Origin: Eledone cirrhosa | Lineage: Eukaryota | NCBI GenBank assembly: GCA_964016885.1 | Contig: OZ024747.1 | Span: 32,116,001-32,180,000, forward strand | Length of the DNA: 64,000 nt | Direction of reading: 5' to 3' | Shown: positions 1 through 11,299 of the stretch, piece after piece | How positions within the stretch are numbered: the first letter of the stretch is position 1 | Layout of the letters: each line of letters opens with the position of its first letter | Position numbers and translations under genes: made by a program | The notes under the pieces: model-generated | Databases searched by the model: none | The model's input: the letters and a program-made list of their open reading frames with translations, nothing else | What the model was told of the DNA's origin: nothing

Positions 1-175
1 TGTCCCTTGATTTGCCAGCAATTTTTAATCTTGAGATGTGTATGCCACTATTTATTTTTTTGCTCAGGAGCCCATGTGGAGGATAAAGTTAGACACAGGG
101 GCCCAGGTCTTAAAGGGTTAAAATTCGTTTTGTATAAATCTTAGCATTTTGAAGATTTTGAAGTGGCAGTTGTGA

Positions 176-217
176 AGAGAAGAGAAGACAAGGACAATAT
201 GTGAAACTTATACAAAA

Positions 218-251
<34 letters not shown>

Positions 252-310
252 AAGGGGTGAGAGGTGAGAGGGATGAGAGATGAGAGGGGTGATAGAGAGG
301 GTGAAAGGGA
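176..310. repeat. (GA)n / purine-rich microsatellite
   Basis: Direct (GA)n run at about 220-248 within a purine-rich tract. Confidence 0.85.
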
Positions 311-562
311 AATCTTTTCCACTCAGAATTCCTGGCAGTTCTTCATACAACAATTATCATCCATGCTCATTGTATGTCTCTACTAACATAATTTTTCTCC
401 TGCATAAAACACCTCAAAAAATTTGATATGCCCCTCAATATAAAATCAGGTTTGGTGTTAAAAGATTATGAAGTAAAATTTATAAATTGTCCTTTTTACT
501 TTACAAAAAAAAAATGAGTTTAATTAATGGTTCTGCATTCATATTTACAATTTTAAATAATG

Positions 563-722
563 GTTTCTGATTTAGGCACAAGGCCAACAATTTTGGGGAG
601 AAGCAAAATTGATTAAATTGATCCACTGCATTACTAGTGCTTTATTTTATCAACCCAGGAGGGATGAAAGGCAATGCTAATCTTGGTGGGATTTGAACTC
701 AAAATGTAAAGGACCATAACTG
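563..722 (-). mobile_element. Diverged copy of the tRNA-derived SINE (family S1)
   Basis: gtttctgatttaggcacaaggcc...ttttatcaaccc...ggatgaaaggcaa...gggatttgaactca aligns by eye with the copies at 2339-2512 and 3944-4448. Confidence 0.75.
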
Positions 723-1094
723 TAAACACATCTGAATGAAGATTAACATTTTTCTCACTGTTATATTTTAAACCCCCTTCCTTCAAATATTCAAATTACT
801 GCTCCGTAATATTGAAATTGTCTCCACAATTTTTCTCTATATATTGTCAATCGACATGCTAGAAATAATATTCAAATCTCCCCTCACCAAAGCATAGCCT
901 TATCGTATGTTAAAATCACAAATTAGATAATGCTGTCCTGCATACAGATTGGGTAGTCATATACTAGTGTTTGCTTTGACTGCTGATGAACAAAAACCAT
1001 AGTTAATACTTTTAAGTCTTTCTTCTGTTTAAGGTTATGTTTTTCTTTCAACTTCCTCTCTTTCTTCTTATCTCTAAAGTCTGTCTCATGCTGA

Positions 1095-1650
1095 GAGGCT
1101 TATTAGGCCAGTGCTTATCCCAGTTTCCATGGTGTGAAGTGACTGAGAGTAAAATATGCCACCCTGGACAGGATATCATTCCAGCGCAGGGTTAAAGTCT
1201 GTCTCGAGCACAGAGGCTCACCAGGTCAGTGATTATCCCAGTTTCTGTGGTTTGAAGCAACTGAGAGTACAAAGCTCCCACTTGGACAGGATGCCAGTCC
1301 ATTACAGGGTTAAACCCCCATCTATTGCTGGTACCTATTTTCATATTTTCAGCTGAGTATCTGAGAGCAACATGAAATGAAGTGTTTTGCTCAGGAACAC
1401 AACACAACCCAGTCCAGGAATCAAACCCAAGACACTTTTATCGTAAGTCAAAATACCCTTACCACTAAGCCATACATCTCCACTATCTGGGACAACCCAG
1501 TCCAGGAATCAAACTCATGATATGATTGTAAGTCCAACACCCTTACAACTATTCCACATGCTTCTACTATATGGGACATCCCATTCCAGGAATCAAACCT
1601 ACGACATTGTTTGTAAGTCCAACACTATTACTACTAGAACACATGCTTCC
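1095..1650 (-). mobile_element. tRNA-derived SINE (V/CORE-like, family S2) with triplicated head
   Basis: Minus strand has an A box TGGCTTAGTGGTAAGG and a B-box-like GGGTTTGATTCCTGG, then tgtgttcctgagcaaaacactt and aaccctgtaatggactggcatcctgtcc. The head segment (ccagtccaggaatcaaac...gtaagtc) occurs three times at about 1405-1650. Superfamily assignment is from memory. Confidence 0.65.
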
Positions 1651-2079
1651 ACTTCTTAAACTCCCCTAAAGCTAATCAATTTTAGGAAACATGTTCCTCT
1701 TTCTAAGGATAAACATTGTTTTCTTCACTCTTTGTTTGTCTCCGCTACCAAAGTCGGAATAAAATCAATTCGGAAGTTTCTTTCTTCCATATTAACTTTA
1801 TTTTAGGCTGACTCATTTCTTAGATGTTTTCACTTCACCATGTTTTGATTCACATCCTTCCTGGAGTAGAAGTTAATAAGGAAGTGAGAGAGGGAGACAG
1901 AACATGAAAGGATGAATGGAGGTAGGGTATAATAGAAGAATGAAGACAAAGATAGAGGGAGAAGGGGGAGAGATAGATAGGTCAAGAGCTTGTGAGTAAA
2001 AGGCAAGAAGAAGAGTTTGTATCAGAAAGAAAAACTGTATGTAATGTATTTATGTGTGTAGGTGAATGGCAGATGCACA

Positions 2080-2248
2080 GACACATATGCATACATATAC
2101 GTATGTATATATATATATATATATACACATATATGTATACACACATATATGTATGTATGTATATATATATATATATATATACACACACATATATAGATAT
2201 ACACATATATGTATGTGCATGTATGTATGTATATATATATATGTATAT
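2080..2248. repeat. (TA)n/(CA)n compound microsatellite
   Basis: Direct reading. Confidence 0.9.
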
Positions 2249-2338
2249 CTAAACTATAATAAAGGAAGGTCTGCGGGACTGCATACGGTTTATTTTTTTT
2301 TATCCCGTTAGTAAAATAGGTTTGATTACTTGAATAAA

Positions 2339-2512
2339 TAATTGTTTCTACTTTTGGTACAAGGCCAGCAATTATTCCAGTGTATTACTGGTACTTTATT
2401 TTATCGACCCCGTAAGGATGAAAGGCAAAGTTAACCTCGGCGGGATTTGAACTCAGACCGTAAAGGGACGTAAATGTACTGCAAAGCATGGCGTCCGACC
2501 CTCTACCGGCCC
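2339..2512 (-). mobile_element. tRNA-derived SINE family S1
   Basis: Minus strand: GGTAGAGGGTCGGAC...B box GAGTTCAAATCCC, central domain GCCTTTCATCCTTACGGGGTCGATAAAATAAAGTACCAG (resembles the Meta/MESC-type SINE core, from memory), ending ...AGTAGAAACAATTAT. About 8 copies in the window. Confidence 0.85.
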
Positions 2513-2620
2513 TTTGAATAAATAATAAATGAATATTACATAATTTATCTACTAAATTTCGTAAACAAAAATAATTTCGTAAAAATAAATAATTTAAAAT
2601 TGACTTCTTTTCAAAGTTGC

Positions 2621-2703
2621 ACTTCCGGTATATCGTTGCCACCACCACCACTTCAACTACCATATATATAGAAAGAGAGAGTGTGTGATGTCAACACTTC
2701 CGG
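2621..2703. promoter_or_regulatory. Paired ETS-like motifs (ACTTCCGG x2), possible promoter
   Basis: ACTTCCGGT at about 2621 and about 2696 in otherwise non-repetitive sequence. No transcript evidence. Confidence 0.2.
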
Positions 2704-3074
2704 TGGCGATCCTAATTTTCTGTCACTAATTTTCTCCTAATGCAGTTTGTATATAATATCGTCTTTTTTAATATCATGGATTACGTTACTGATTACATAA
2801 GACAGTGTAGCAACGTCTTCGTTCAATTTCTGTTTATATTGTCAATTACGATTTTATTTAATGTATCGTATCTACATGTATATATACTTGCGTAAAATAT
2901 CAATATACACACTACACATGCTAGCTGAAAAGCATCTGAAGGGTGGTTTTTCTGGTAGTATATAGTAATAATGATAAATTTGAAGACTAATATCCAAAGA
3001 GGGCTCGATAAGGATAAATGTATATCAAATATATAAGAACCGTAGAGCAAATGTTTATTAAAATAACAGATTAA

Positions 3075-3125
3075 AGTTTAAGCAAAGAATCGCTGCTTTC
3101 ACCCTTAACGGGATCTTCTGAAACT
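3075..3125 (-). ncRNA. Hammerhead-like ribozyme, variant core CAGAAGA (family F)
   Basis: AGTTT-CAGAAGA-TCCC gttaa GGGT-GAAA-GCA gcgattctt TGC-TT-AAACT; stems I, II and III can all form. Confidence 0.6.
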
Positions 3126-3379
3126 AAAAAAATCAATCTGTGAACGCAGAAGTGAATATTTCGAAAAACGTTGCAACGGAAGGAAAACAGGAAGACGATA
3201 CTTTGGTTCGTGGAGACGTTCCCTGGCAATGAACGGGAAAAGGCGAAGATAATACGTCATTATGTGGAGCGTTGAGAACAATTACACGCAAAGACAAAAC
3301 CACGTTCATGGTATAAATGAAGTCGTAGACTAATTTTCTGTTTAGGAAACCGAATGATTCTCAGCTTCAGAGTTAAGAA

Positions 3380-3477
3380 TAATTGTTTCTACTTTTGGTA
3401 CAAGGCCAGCAATTATCCAGTACATTACTGGTACTTTATTTTATCGACCACGTAAGGATGAAAGGCAAAGTTAACCT
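3380..3477 (-). mobile_element. 5'-truncated S1 SINE with a 19-bp target-site duplication
   Basis: CTTCAGAGTTAAGAATAAT at about 3365-3383 and about 3476-3494 flanks the SINE; the empty site is visible in the sister copy at about 24585-24606. Confidence 0.85.
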
Positions 3478-3943
3478 TCAGAGTTAAGAATAATGTAAAT
3501 AAATTAGTAGAACAAAAATGACAGAGGTTATTGAAATCAACAATAATTAAATATATACATACACACATCCATATGCGTACATACACATGCATACGCGAAA
3601 ACACCCGCCATGGTATGCATATACAAGCACGTACACATAAACAATCGCACACATACAAAAATCCGCGCGACGCCTGTACCCGCACACATACGAACGTATA
3701 CACCAAATACACATACAAAAATATATGTGTGTATGTGCGTGTATACATATAATTATATAAACGTATACACACATAAATACGTAAATAACGCACGCACACA
3801 CATTCCTACAGGTAAATACACATATGATCACTAAACGCACGTCAACCAAAACACAAACACAAAATACACACAAACACACGTCAACACACACAAACACAAA
3901 ATACACATATACACATAACCATATACACATGTACCAGTATATA

Positions 3944-4118
3944 TAATTGTTTCTACGTTAGGCACAAGGCCAGCAATTACCCAGTGTATTACTGGTACAT
4001 TATTTTATCGACGCTGTAAGGATGAAAGGCAAAGTTAACCTCGGCATGATTTGAACTCAGAACGTAAAGGGACGTAACTATGCTGGAAAGCATGTACGAC
4101 CCTCTACCGATACTGCCA

Positions 4119-4173
<55 letters not shown>

Positions 4174-4448
4174 TGTTTCTACTTTTGGCACAAGGCCAGC
4201 AATTAACCCAGTGCATTACTGGTACTTTATTTTATCGACCCCGTAAGGATGAAAGGCAAAGTTAACCTCGGCGGGATTTGAACTCAGATCAATAATAATA
4301 ATTGTTTCTACTTTAGGCACAAGGCCAGCAATTACCCAGTGCATTACTGGTACTATATTTTATCGACCCCGTAAGGATGAAAGGCAAAGTCAACCTCGGC
4401 GGGATTTTAACTCAGATCGTAAAGGGACGTAACTATGCTGGAAAGATC
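3944..4448 (-). mobile_element. Three tandem S1 SINE copies separated by (AAT)n
   Basis: Copies at about 3944-4118, 4172-4290 and 4298-4448. Confidence 0.85.
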
Positions 4449-4464
4449 AATAATAATAATAATA

Positions 4465-4743
4465 AAGCTTTCTTTATTAACCACAAGGGTTTACATAAAG
4501 TAGACATTAAGGACAGTACAGGACAATACAGGACGGTACAAATGGGCATTTCTGCGTGTAAAAAACAAAAACAGAGGATGTAACAAAAAAATAACAATAA
4601 AAATTCCCCAATACGGGGGAGACTTCCGAGGGACGTTCGTGGAGAAAGCCTATTAAAGAGCCACAGTGACCCTGACCACCAGGCCAAGTGCCCTCTCCCA
4701 GTTTTCCACCTTTAATTTACAGACACATACTCAGAGTAGGCCC

Positions 4744-4745
<2 letters not shown>
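4465..4745 (-). mobile_element. 3' fragment of the Tx1/L1-like LINE
   Basis: Closely similar to 11043-11327 (3' UTR and last codons of ORF2); flanked by (AAT)n on both sides. Confidence 0.85.
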
Positions 4746-4792
<47 letters not shown>

Positions 4793-5679
4793 GGGAATAA
4801 GGGAAGAAGACGCACGAGGTAGTGGAAGGTCATGAAATCGCTCCCGTAAGTTTTGAATTTTTAACATATTTAAATCATTTATGAAATAACAACTCTTAGT
4901 ACAAATGTTACGTAAAGCATCCGGCTTGAGCCCCAAAAAATTCGGACCCAAAATATATTGTTATAAGGCTCAAATATTCAAATATTCAACTTTGTATTGT
5001 ACATTGTATATTCAAAAAAGAAAATGGCTATAAATGGAAGAAGAACCCCCCCCCCCCTCCTCTGTCTACATTATATAGAACAGCCAAACAGCACCGATCT
5101 CACCAACACCAGAAACTAGATACACCACCTACCCCATCACCTCTCTGTGTACACTAAACACAACAGCCAGATAACGGCAATTTCACCACCACCACTATCC
5201 CATCACCGCTGCCACCACTCCTTCATTGCTGCCACCGCTACAACACCATCACTACAGTAATACGACCACGGCACCACCACCACTGCCTCGGTATCGACAT
5301 CACCACCACCACTGTCTCAGTATCGCTACCGCCGCTACTGGCTCCCACTGGTCCCTGCTAGCTGCTGCCACCACATTATAGAATTCCTACTACTAAAAAA
5401 GAGGAAGGCATCAAAATATATAAATAGACTCAAAAGAAAAAAGAAAAAACAAACAACAAAACCAAAGCAGCACAGCAACAACAGCAAAAAACGAGAAAAA
5501 CAAACAGAGAAAAACAAAAACAAAAAAAAACGTAAAGAAAATAAGAATGAAGAGAGAAACAAGCGGACGGACAGAGAAAAGGGGGGAAAAACTAAGTCAG
5601 ACATTCGAACACTACATTACAATGAAACTTATGCTTATTCATTTTTGGGGTCTTTTCTGCCTGTGTGTTTGTTTGTTTA

Positions 5680-8600
5680 TTTGTGTTCGTCTACAGCGTG
5701 GTGATAATGCCACACAAGTGCCAAGTGGAGCGGCGCAAACACCGGCGACGGTGAATCCACAGATGGCTATGTAACCATACATTCGCCAATCCTCGATAAG
5801 AGTGTTTAAATATCGAACCTAAACAGTTCGAATAACGGTGAAATGGAGACTAGAACGTTATGTGACAGTCTCTCACCCAACAGGTGCTCCCTGGCTCAGC
5901 AGCAGGAACCTGACTGTCAACCAAATACTGCTGATGTTGGAGGAAGAAGAAGAAGGAAAGGGGCCAGAACCAACTGGACGAAAGAATTGAATAGAACTGT
6001 TATGCAATGTTACCTGAAAAGTAACCCCAATGAGAGGGGCTATAGGAGACGGATGCATAACATCTGGAACGAGATTGGTCTATTTAAATTAGATGAACAA
6101 AAATTGGCCGGGCAGGCTCGGGTAATAAGAACTAATGGGTGGATAAGCGAGCTGGAACTGGAGGAACTGAGCAGAGAGAATAGCTTGGAGATGGAGGGTG
6201 TAATATGCCAGACAAACGAGCCAGTGGGAAATGAAGGTGAAGAGGTCGAGAGAACGGAGGAACCACCCGAAGCAGACAATGATCTGAATACTGAGATAAA
6301 TAATACCTGGAACAGAGATACGGCCACTGAGGAGATGAATGCTGACGGGCTAGGACAAGATTCGGTTGACATCCTAAATTTAGTGGTAGATGAATTGAAC
6401 AATGATAGTGGGAGACCTATGAACCTAAGATTTGTAGACAGGAAAAAGTTAAAAGAAACAACAGCTAAGGTAAACAAAGTCATCCCATACCTTGAGGCGA
6501 GGAGCCTTCACCAGTGCAACAATATCCTCAAAGCAACAGCAAATACGGTGAGGAAACTACTTGGTATGAAAGCGAGAGGAAACAACAGACAAGAAAGAGC
6601 AGAGCCTTGGTGGAAGAAACGACTGAGTGGTCAAATCAAGGAAATGAGAAATGACATAGGAAAGCTTGAGTCACTACTGAATGGGACACTAAAAAACATA
6701 GACACTAAAAATAGACTGGAAATAAAGTACAAAACTAGGAGGAAAAAGCTAAATATTATCATAGAGGAACTGAAGCAACGCATTGTAGCAAAGAGTGCAA
6801 AAATCAGGCGATACGAGAACAGAGTCAGTCAGTATAAACAGAACCGCATGTTCGACAACAACCAGAAGATGCTGTTTGGACAGCTTGAGGGGAAAGAAAG
6901 AGGCAACGACTTGATCCCTGGGGCGGAACAAACTAAAACATTCTGGAGAGGAATATGGGAGCAGGATGTTAGACATAATGACCAGGCAGGGTGGATTGAG
7001 ACAGTACAGAGGGAGATCAGTGAGCAGGCACACCAACAAACTGATTTGAGTATCACAGTTGAAACTCTTAAGGGGCAGGACAAAAAACTAACCAACTGGA
7101 AATCACCAGGCCCAGATGGTGTGCAGGGGTATTGGATTAAAAATTTAACATCCCTCCACCCGAAGCTGACGGCCATGTTCAATGACTGCTTGGTGTCGGG
7201 TGAGGTGCCAGAGTGGTTGACAAAAGGTACCACAGTTCTGATAATGAAAGACCGAATCAAGGGTAATGATGTTACCAACTATAGACCTATCACATGTCTG
7301 TCCGTAATGTGGAAACTGTTGACGAGCATTGTGTCTGAGGAAATCTACCATCACCTCCACACAAACAACTTGTTACCGGACGAACAGAAAGGATGCCGAA
7401 AGAAGTCACGTGGTACAAAGGACCAGTTACTTATTGATAAGATGGTAATGGGGAATTGCAGGAGGAGACACACTGATCTCGCCATGGGATGGATAGACTA
7501 CAGAAAGGCATTTGACATGGTGCCTCATTCTTGGATCACCAAAAGCCTGGAGATCTTCAAGGTGGCAGATAACATCAGACAGTTGCTGGGCAGGAGTATG
7601 GGGTCCTGGGAGACAGAGTTGACATCAACTGGAGAATCCTTGGGAAGCGTGAAGATCAAGAGAGGTATCTTCTAGGGAGATAGCCTGTCCCCTCTGTTGT
7701 TTGTCCTTGCCCTGATGCCCTTGACCATTATGCTGCGAAAAGTGAGAGCAGGATACAAGTTGGGAAAGGGAGAGCTTACCATCAATCCCCTCCTCTTCAT
7801 GGACGATCTTAAGCTCTTCGGGAAAAGTGAGAAGGAGTTGGATGTGCTTGTTGACACTGTCCGTATTTTCAGCAGTGATATATGTATGCAGTTTGGTATT
7901 AGTAATCCAGATACCAACAGGTGAGATGATAAAGGAAATTGACTCCGAGGAGGGATACAAGTATTTGGGCGTTCTGGAGGCTGATGGCATAAAGAACAAA
8001 AAAATGAAGGAATTGTTAAGAACTGAATACATTCGGAGAGTAAGGAGCGTATTGAAGTCACATCTGAACAGCAGAAATGCCATAAGCGCAGTAAATTCCC
8101 GAGCTGTGTCTATTATTAGGTACAGTGCGGGAATTCTGAGATGGAATGTTGCTGAACAAAAAGAAATGGATAGGAAGACTAGGAAGCTATTGACTATCTA
8201 CAACATGTTCCACAAGAGGAGTGATGTCGATAGACTCTACCTAAGGAGATCTGAGGGTGGAAGAGGTCTTATCAGCATAGAGGACTGTGTTCAGATGGAG
8301 AAAAACAACCTATACAAATACGTGACTGATAGTAAGGAGCCAATGATCAGAACTGTACTGAAGGAGGGGACAGTAGGCCAAGGGATGTCCAAGGAGGAAA
8401 TAACATCAAGGAGAAAGAGCAGCCTTCAGGGAAAATCCCTTCATAGTACCTTCTTTGAGAAAACTGAATTTAGAGATCCACAGACATGGAACTGGTTGAG
8501 AAGAGGAGACCTCAAAAAGGCTACAGAAGGAATGCTAATGGCTGCGCAGGAGCAGGCCCTCAAAACGAAGTGGTTGAAGCACCATATTTACAAGGAGGAG

Positions 8601-9262
8601 GCTAGCCCACTGTGCAGGATCTGTGGAGAGAGAGAGGAGACTGTGGCTCACATTGTATCCGAGTGTAAACACCTAGCCCAGACCCACAATAAGGGCTGGA
8701 GACATGATGTGATGGGCAGGGTGATCCACTGGCACCTGTGCAAAGTAAATAATTTACCACATTCTGAGTAATGGTATGAGCATAGGCCAGAGGCGGTGAT
8801 GGAGAACGATCAGGTGAAGGTGCTGTGGGATTTTAGGATACAGACGGACAAGAAACTGGAACACAATAGACCTGACCTGGTGGTTGTGGACAAAGAAAAA
8901 AGATCGTGTCTGATTGTGGATGTGGCCTGCCCATTCGACACGAGAGTGCAAGAGAAGGAGAGGGAGAAAATTAACCGATACCAGGACCTAAAGTGGGAGG
9001 TGAAAAGGATTTGGAATTGCCATGAAGTCAAAGTGATCCCGATTGTCATAGGCGCACTGGGGACTATCTCCAAAAGTTTCCAGGGATGGTTAAAGAAAAT
9101 CGGCCCCTTCACGCTTTTTGGAACGCTTCAAAAGGCATGCTTGCTGGGAACAGCAAGAACCCTCCGATACGTCCTGAATATCTGAGGCTGCAGGTATTGG
9201 CTTGATATTCATTCCAACGGACTTTCCAGTTAACCAACATCAATGACTGTGATTCAAGGAAT
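5680..9262 (+). mobile_element. R4/Dong-like non-LTR retrotransposon (RT plus restriction-like endonuclease), near full length
   Basis: Single long disrupted ORF followed by a short 3' UTR and (AAT)n. The 5' boundary is uncertain and could extend to the (AAT)n at about 4790. Confidence 0.85.
5843..9185 (+). pseudogene. Disrupted R4/Dong ORF: N-terminal domain, RT, CCHC knuckle, RLE nuclease
   Basis: RTNWTKELNR..MQCY N-terminus; KSPGPDG, YRPITCLS, WIDYRKAFDMVPH, GIF*GDSLSP (TAG at 7673-7675), LFMDDLKLF, YKYLG, CRICGEREETVAHIVSEC, RHD, RPDLVV..IVDVA..EKINRY. Deletion/frameshift at about 7905 and TAA at 8769-8771. Confidence 0.9.
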
Positions 9263-9268
9263 AACAAC

Positions 9269-9321
<53 letters not shown>

Positions 9322-9322
<1 letters not shown>

Positions 9323-10462
9323 TATAGTGCGGGAATTCTGAGATGGAATGTTGCTGAACAAAAAGAAATGGATAGGAAGACTAGGAAGCTATTGACTATC
9401 TACAACATGTTCCACAAGAGGAGTGATGTCGATAGACTCTACCAAAGGAGATCTGAGGGTGGAAGAGGTCTTATCAGCATAGAGGACTGTGTTCAGATGG
9501 AGAAAAACAACCTATACAAATACGTGACCTATAGTAAGGAGCCAATGCTCAGAACTGTACTGAAGGAGGGGACAGTAGGCCAGGGGATGTCCAAGGAGGA
9601 AATAACATCAAGGAGGAAGAGCAGCCTTAAGGGAAAATCCCTTCATAGTACCTTCTTTGAGAAAACTGAATTTAGAGATCCACAGACATGGAACTGGTTG
9701 AGAAGAGGAGACCTCAAAAAGGCTACAGAAGGAATGCTAATGGCTGCGCAGGAGCAGGCCCTCAAAACGAAGTGGTTGAAGCACCATATCTACAAGGAGG
9801 AGGCTAGCCCACTGTGCAGGATCTGTGGAGAGAGAGAGGAGACTGTGGCTCACATTGTGTCCGAGTGTAAACACCTAGCCCAGACCCACTATAAGGGCTG
9901 GAGACACGATGTGATGGGCAGGGTGATCCACTGGCACCTGTGCAAAGTAAATAATCTACCACATTCTGAGAAATGGTATGAGCATAGGCCAGAGGCGGTG
10001 ATGGAGAACAGTCAGGTGAAGGTGCTGTGGGATTTTAGGATACAGACGGAAAAAAAACTGGAACACAATAGACCTGACCTGGTGGTTGTGGACAAAGAAA
10101 AAAGATCGTGCCTGATTGTGGATGTGGCCTGCCCGTTCGACACGAGAGTGCAAGAGAAGGAGAGGGAGAAGATTAACCGATACCAGGACCTAAAGTGTGA
10201 GGTGAAAAGGATTTGGAACTGCCATGAAGTCAAAGTGATCCCGATTGTCATAGGCGCACTGGGGACTATCTCCAAAGGTTTTCCAGGGATGGTTAAAGAA
10301 AATCGGCCCCTTCACGCTTTTTGGAACGCTTCAAAAGGCATGCTTGCTTGGAACAGCAAGAACCCTCCGATACGTCCTGAATATCTGAGGCTGCAGGTAG
10401 TGGCTTGATATTCAATCCAACGGACTTTCCAGTTAACCAACATCAATGACTGAGATTCAAGG
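9322..10462 (+). mobile_element. 5'-truncated second copy of the same R4/Dong-like element
   Basis: Nearly identical to about 8122-9262; starts inside the (AAT)n tail of copy 1; has AAA where copy 1 has TAA; frameshift at about 10278. Confidence 0.9.
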
Positions 10463-10474
10463 AATAACAATAAC

Positions 10475-10509
<35 letters not shown>

Positions 10510-10511
<2 letters not shown>

Positions 10512-11016
10512 CTTGTGGAACTTTAGCATCCAAACAGACCGAAAAATAGATGCAAATAGACCTGATATAATATTGAAGGACTTTAAAAAGAGGGTATGCC
10601 TGCTAATTGATATGTCTGTTCCAATAGACAAGAATGTATCTATAAAAACATTTGAAAAATTGAGCAAGTATAAGGACCTGGAGATAGAAATTGGAAAAAT
10701 GTGGAAATTGAGAACTAAAACAATACCACTGGTTGTAGGCGCTCTGGGAATGATACCTAAGGGGTCTAATGATTACTTATCGCAAATCCCAGGAAACCCG
10801 CGTATAGGAGAAATACAAAAGATAGTACTAATGGGAACTGCCCATATACTAAGGAATATTCTGTCAATATAAGTACATCACAAGTCTAAACACTAAAGAT
10901 GCATGTGTGAGTATGTATGTTCTTTCTTGAACATGGCGGACCTTGTTGTCTCTTGAGGTCACTGGTTGTGACTTGGTGATAACTCGTATGAACATAAAGC
11001 AAGATAAATGCAACTG
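10510..11016 (+). mobile_element. 5'-truncated R4/Dong-like element of a different subfamily (RLE domain only)
   Basis: ORF 10513-10872 WNFSIQTDRKIDANRPDII..LIDMSVP..EKLSKYKDL..PLVVGALG; flanked by (AAT)n. Confidence 0.85.
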
Positions 11017-11299
11017 TAATAATAATAATAATAATAATAATGCATTCTTTATTAATCACAAGGGTTTACACAAAGTAGACATTAAGGACAGTACAGGACA
11101 ATACAGGACGGTACAAAAGGGCATTTCTGCGTGCAAAAAAAACAAGAAACAGAGGATGTAATAATAGAACAATGAAAATATTCCCCAATAGGGGGGGGGG
11201 GAAGACTTCCGAGGGACATTCGTGGAGAAAGCCCATTAAAAAGTCACAGTGATCCTGACCACTAGGGCAAGTGCCCTCTCCCAATTTTCCACCTTTAAT

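Larger units (their letters stand above)
2963..3940 (-). mobile_element. ORF-less PLE 3' region/pLTR (family F), interrupted by a SINE
   Basis: Reverse complement of about 24110-25028 and direct match to 23612-23906; carries a hammerhead-like motif. Confidence 0.8.

Noticed and set aside
300-410. Possible minus-strand host exon after a tttatgcag acceptor
   Set aside because: Stops in the frames examined, no recognisable protein and no partner exons
2248-2335. Possible Helitron 5' end (TCTAAACTATAATAAAG...)
   Set aside because: Only a vague resemblance; no 3' hairpin/CTRR end or second copy found
4791-5680. Unassigned 0.9-kb segment with (CAC)-rich and A-rich tracts
   Set aside because: Could be the R4 5' UTR or another element's end; no diagnostic motif or second copy in the window
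5680-5840. Possible HDV-like ribozyme in the R4/Dong 5' UTR (TCCTCG at about 5790)
   Set aside because: I could not build P1/P2/P3 pairings by eye; it needs an Infernal/RNArobo search
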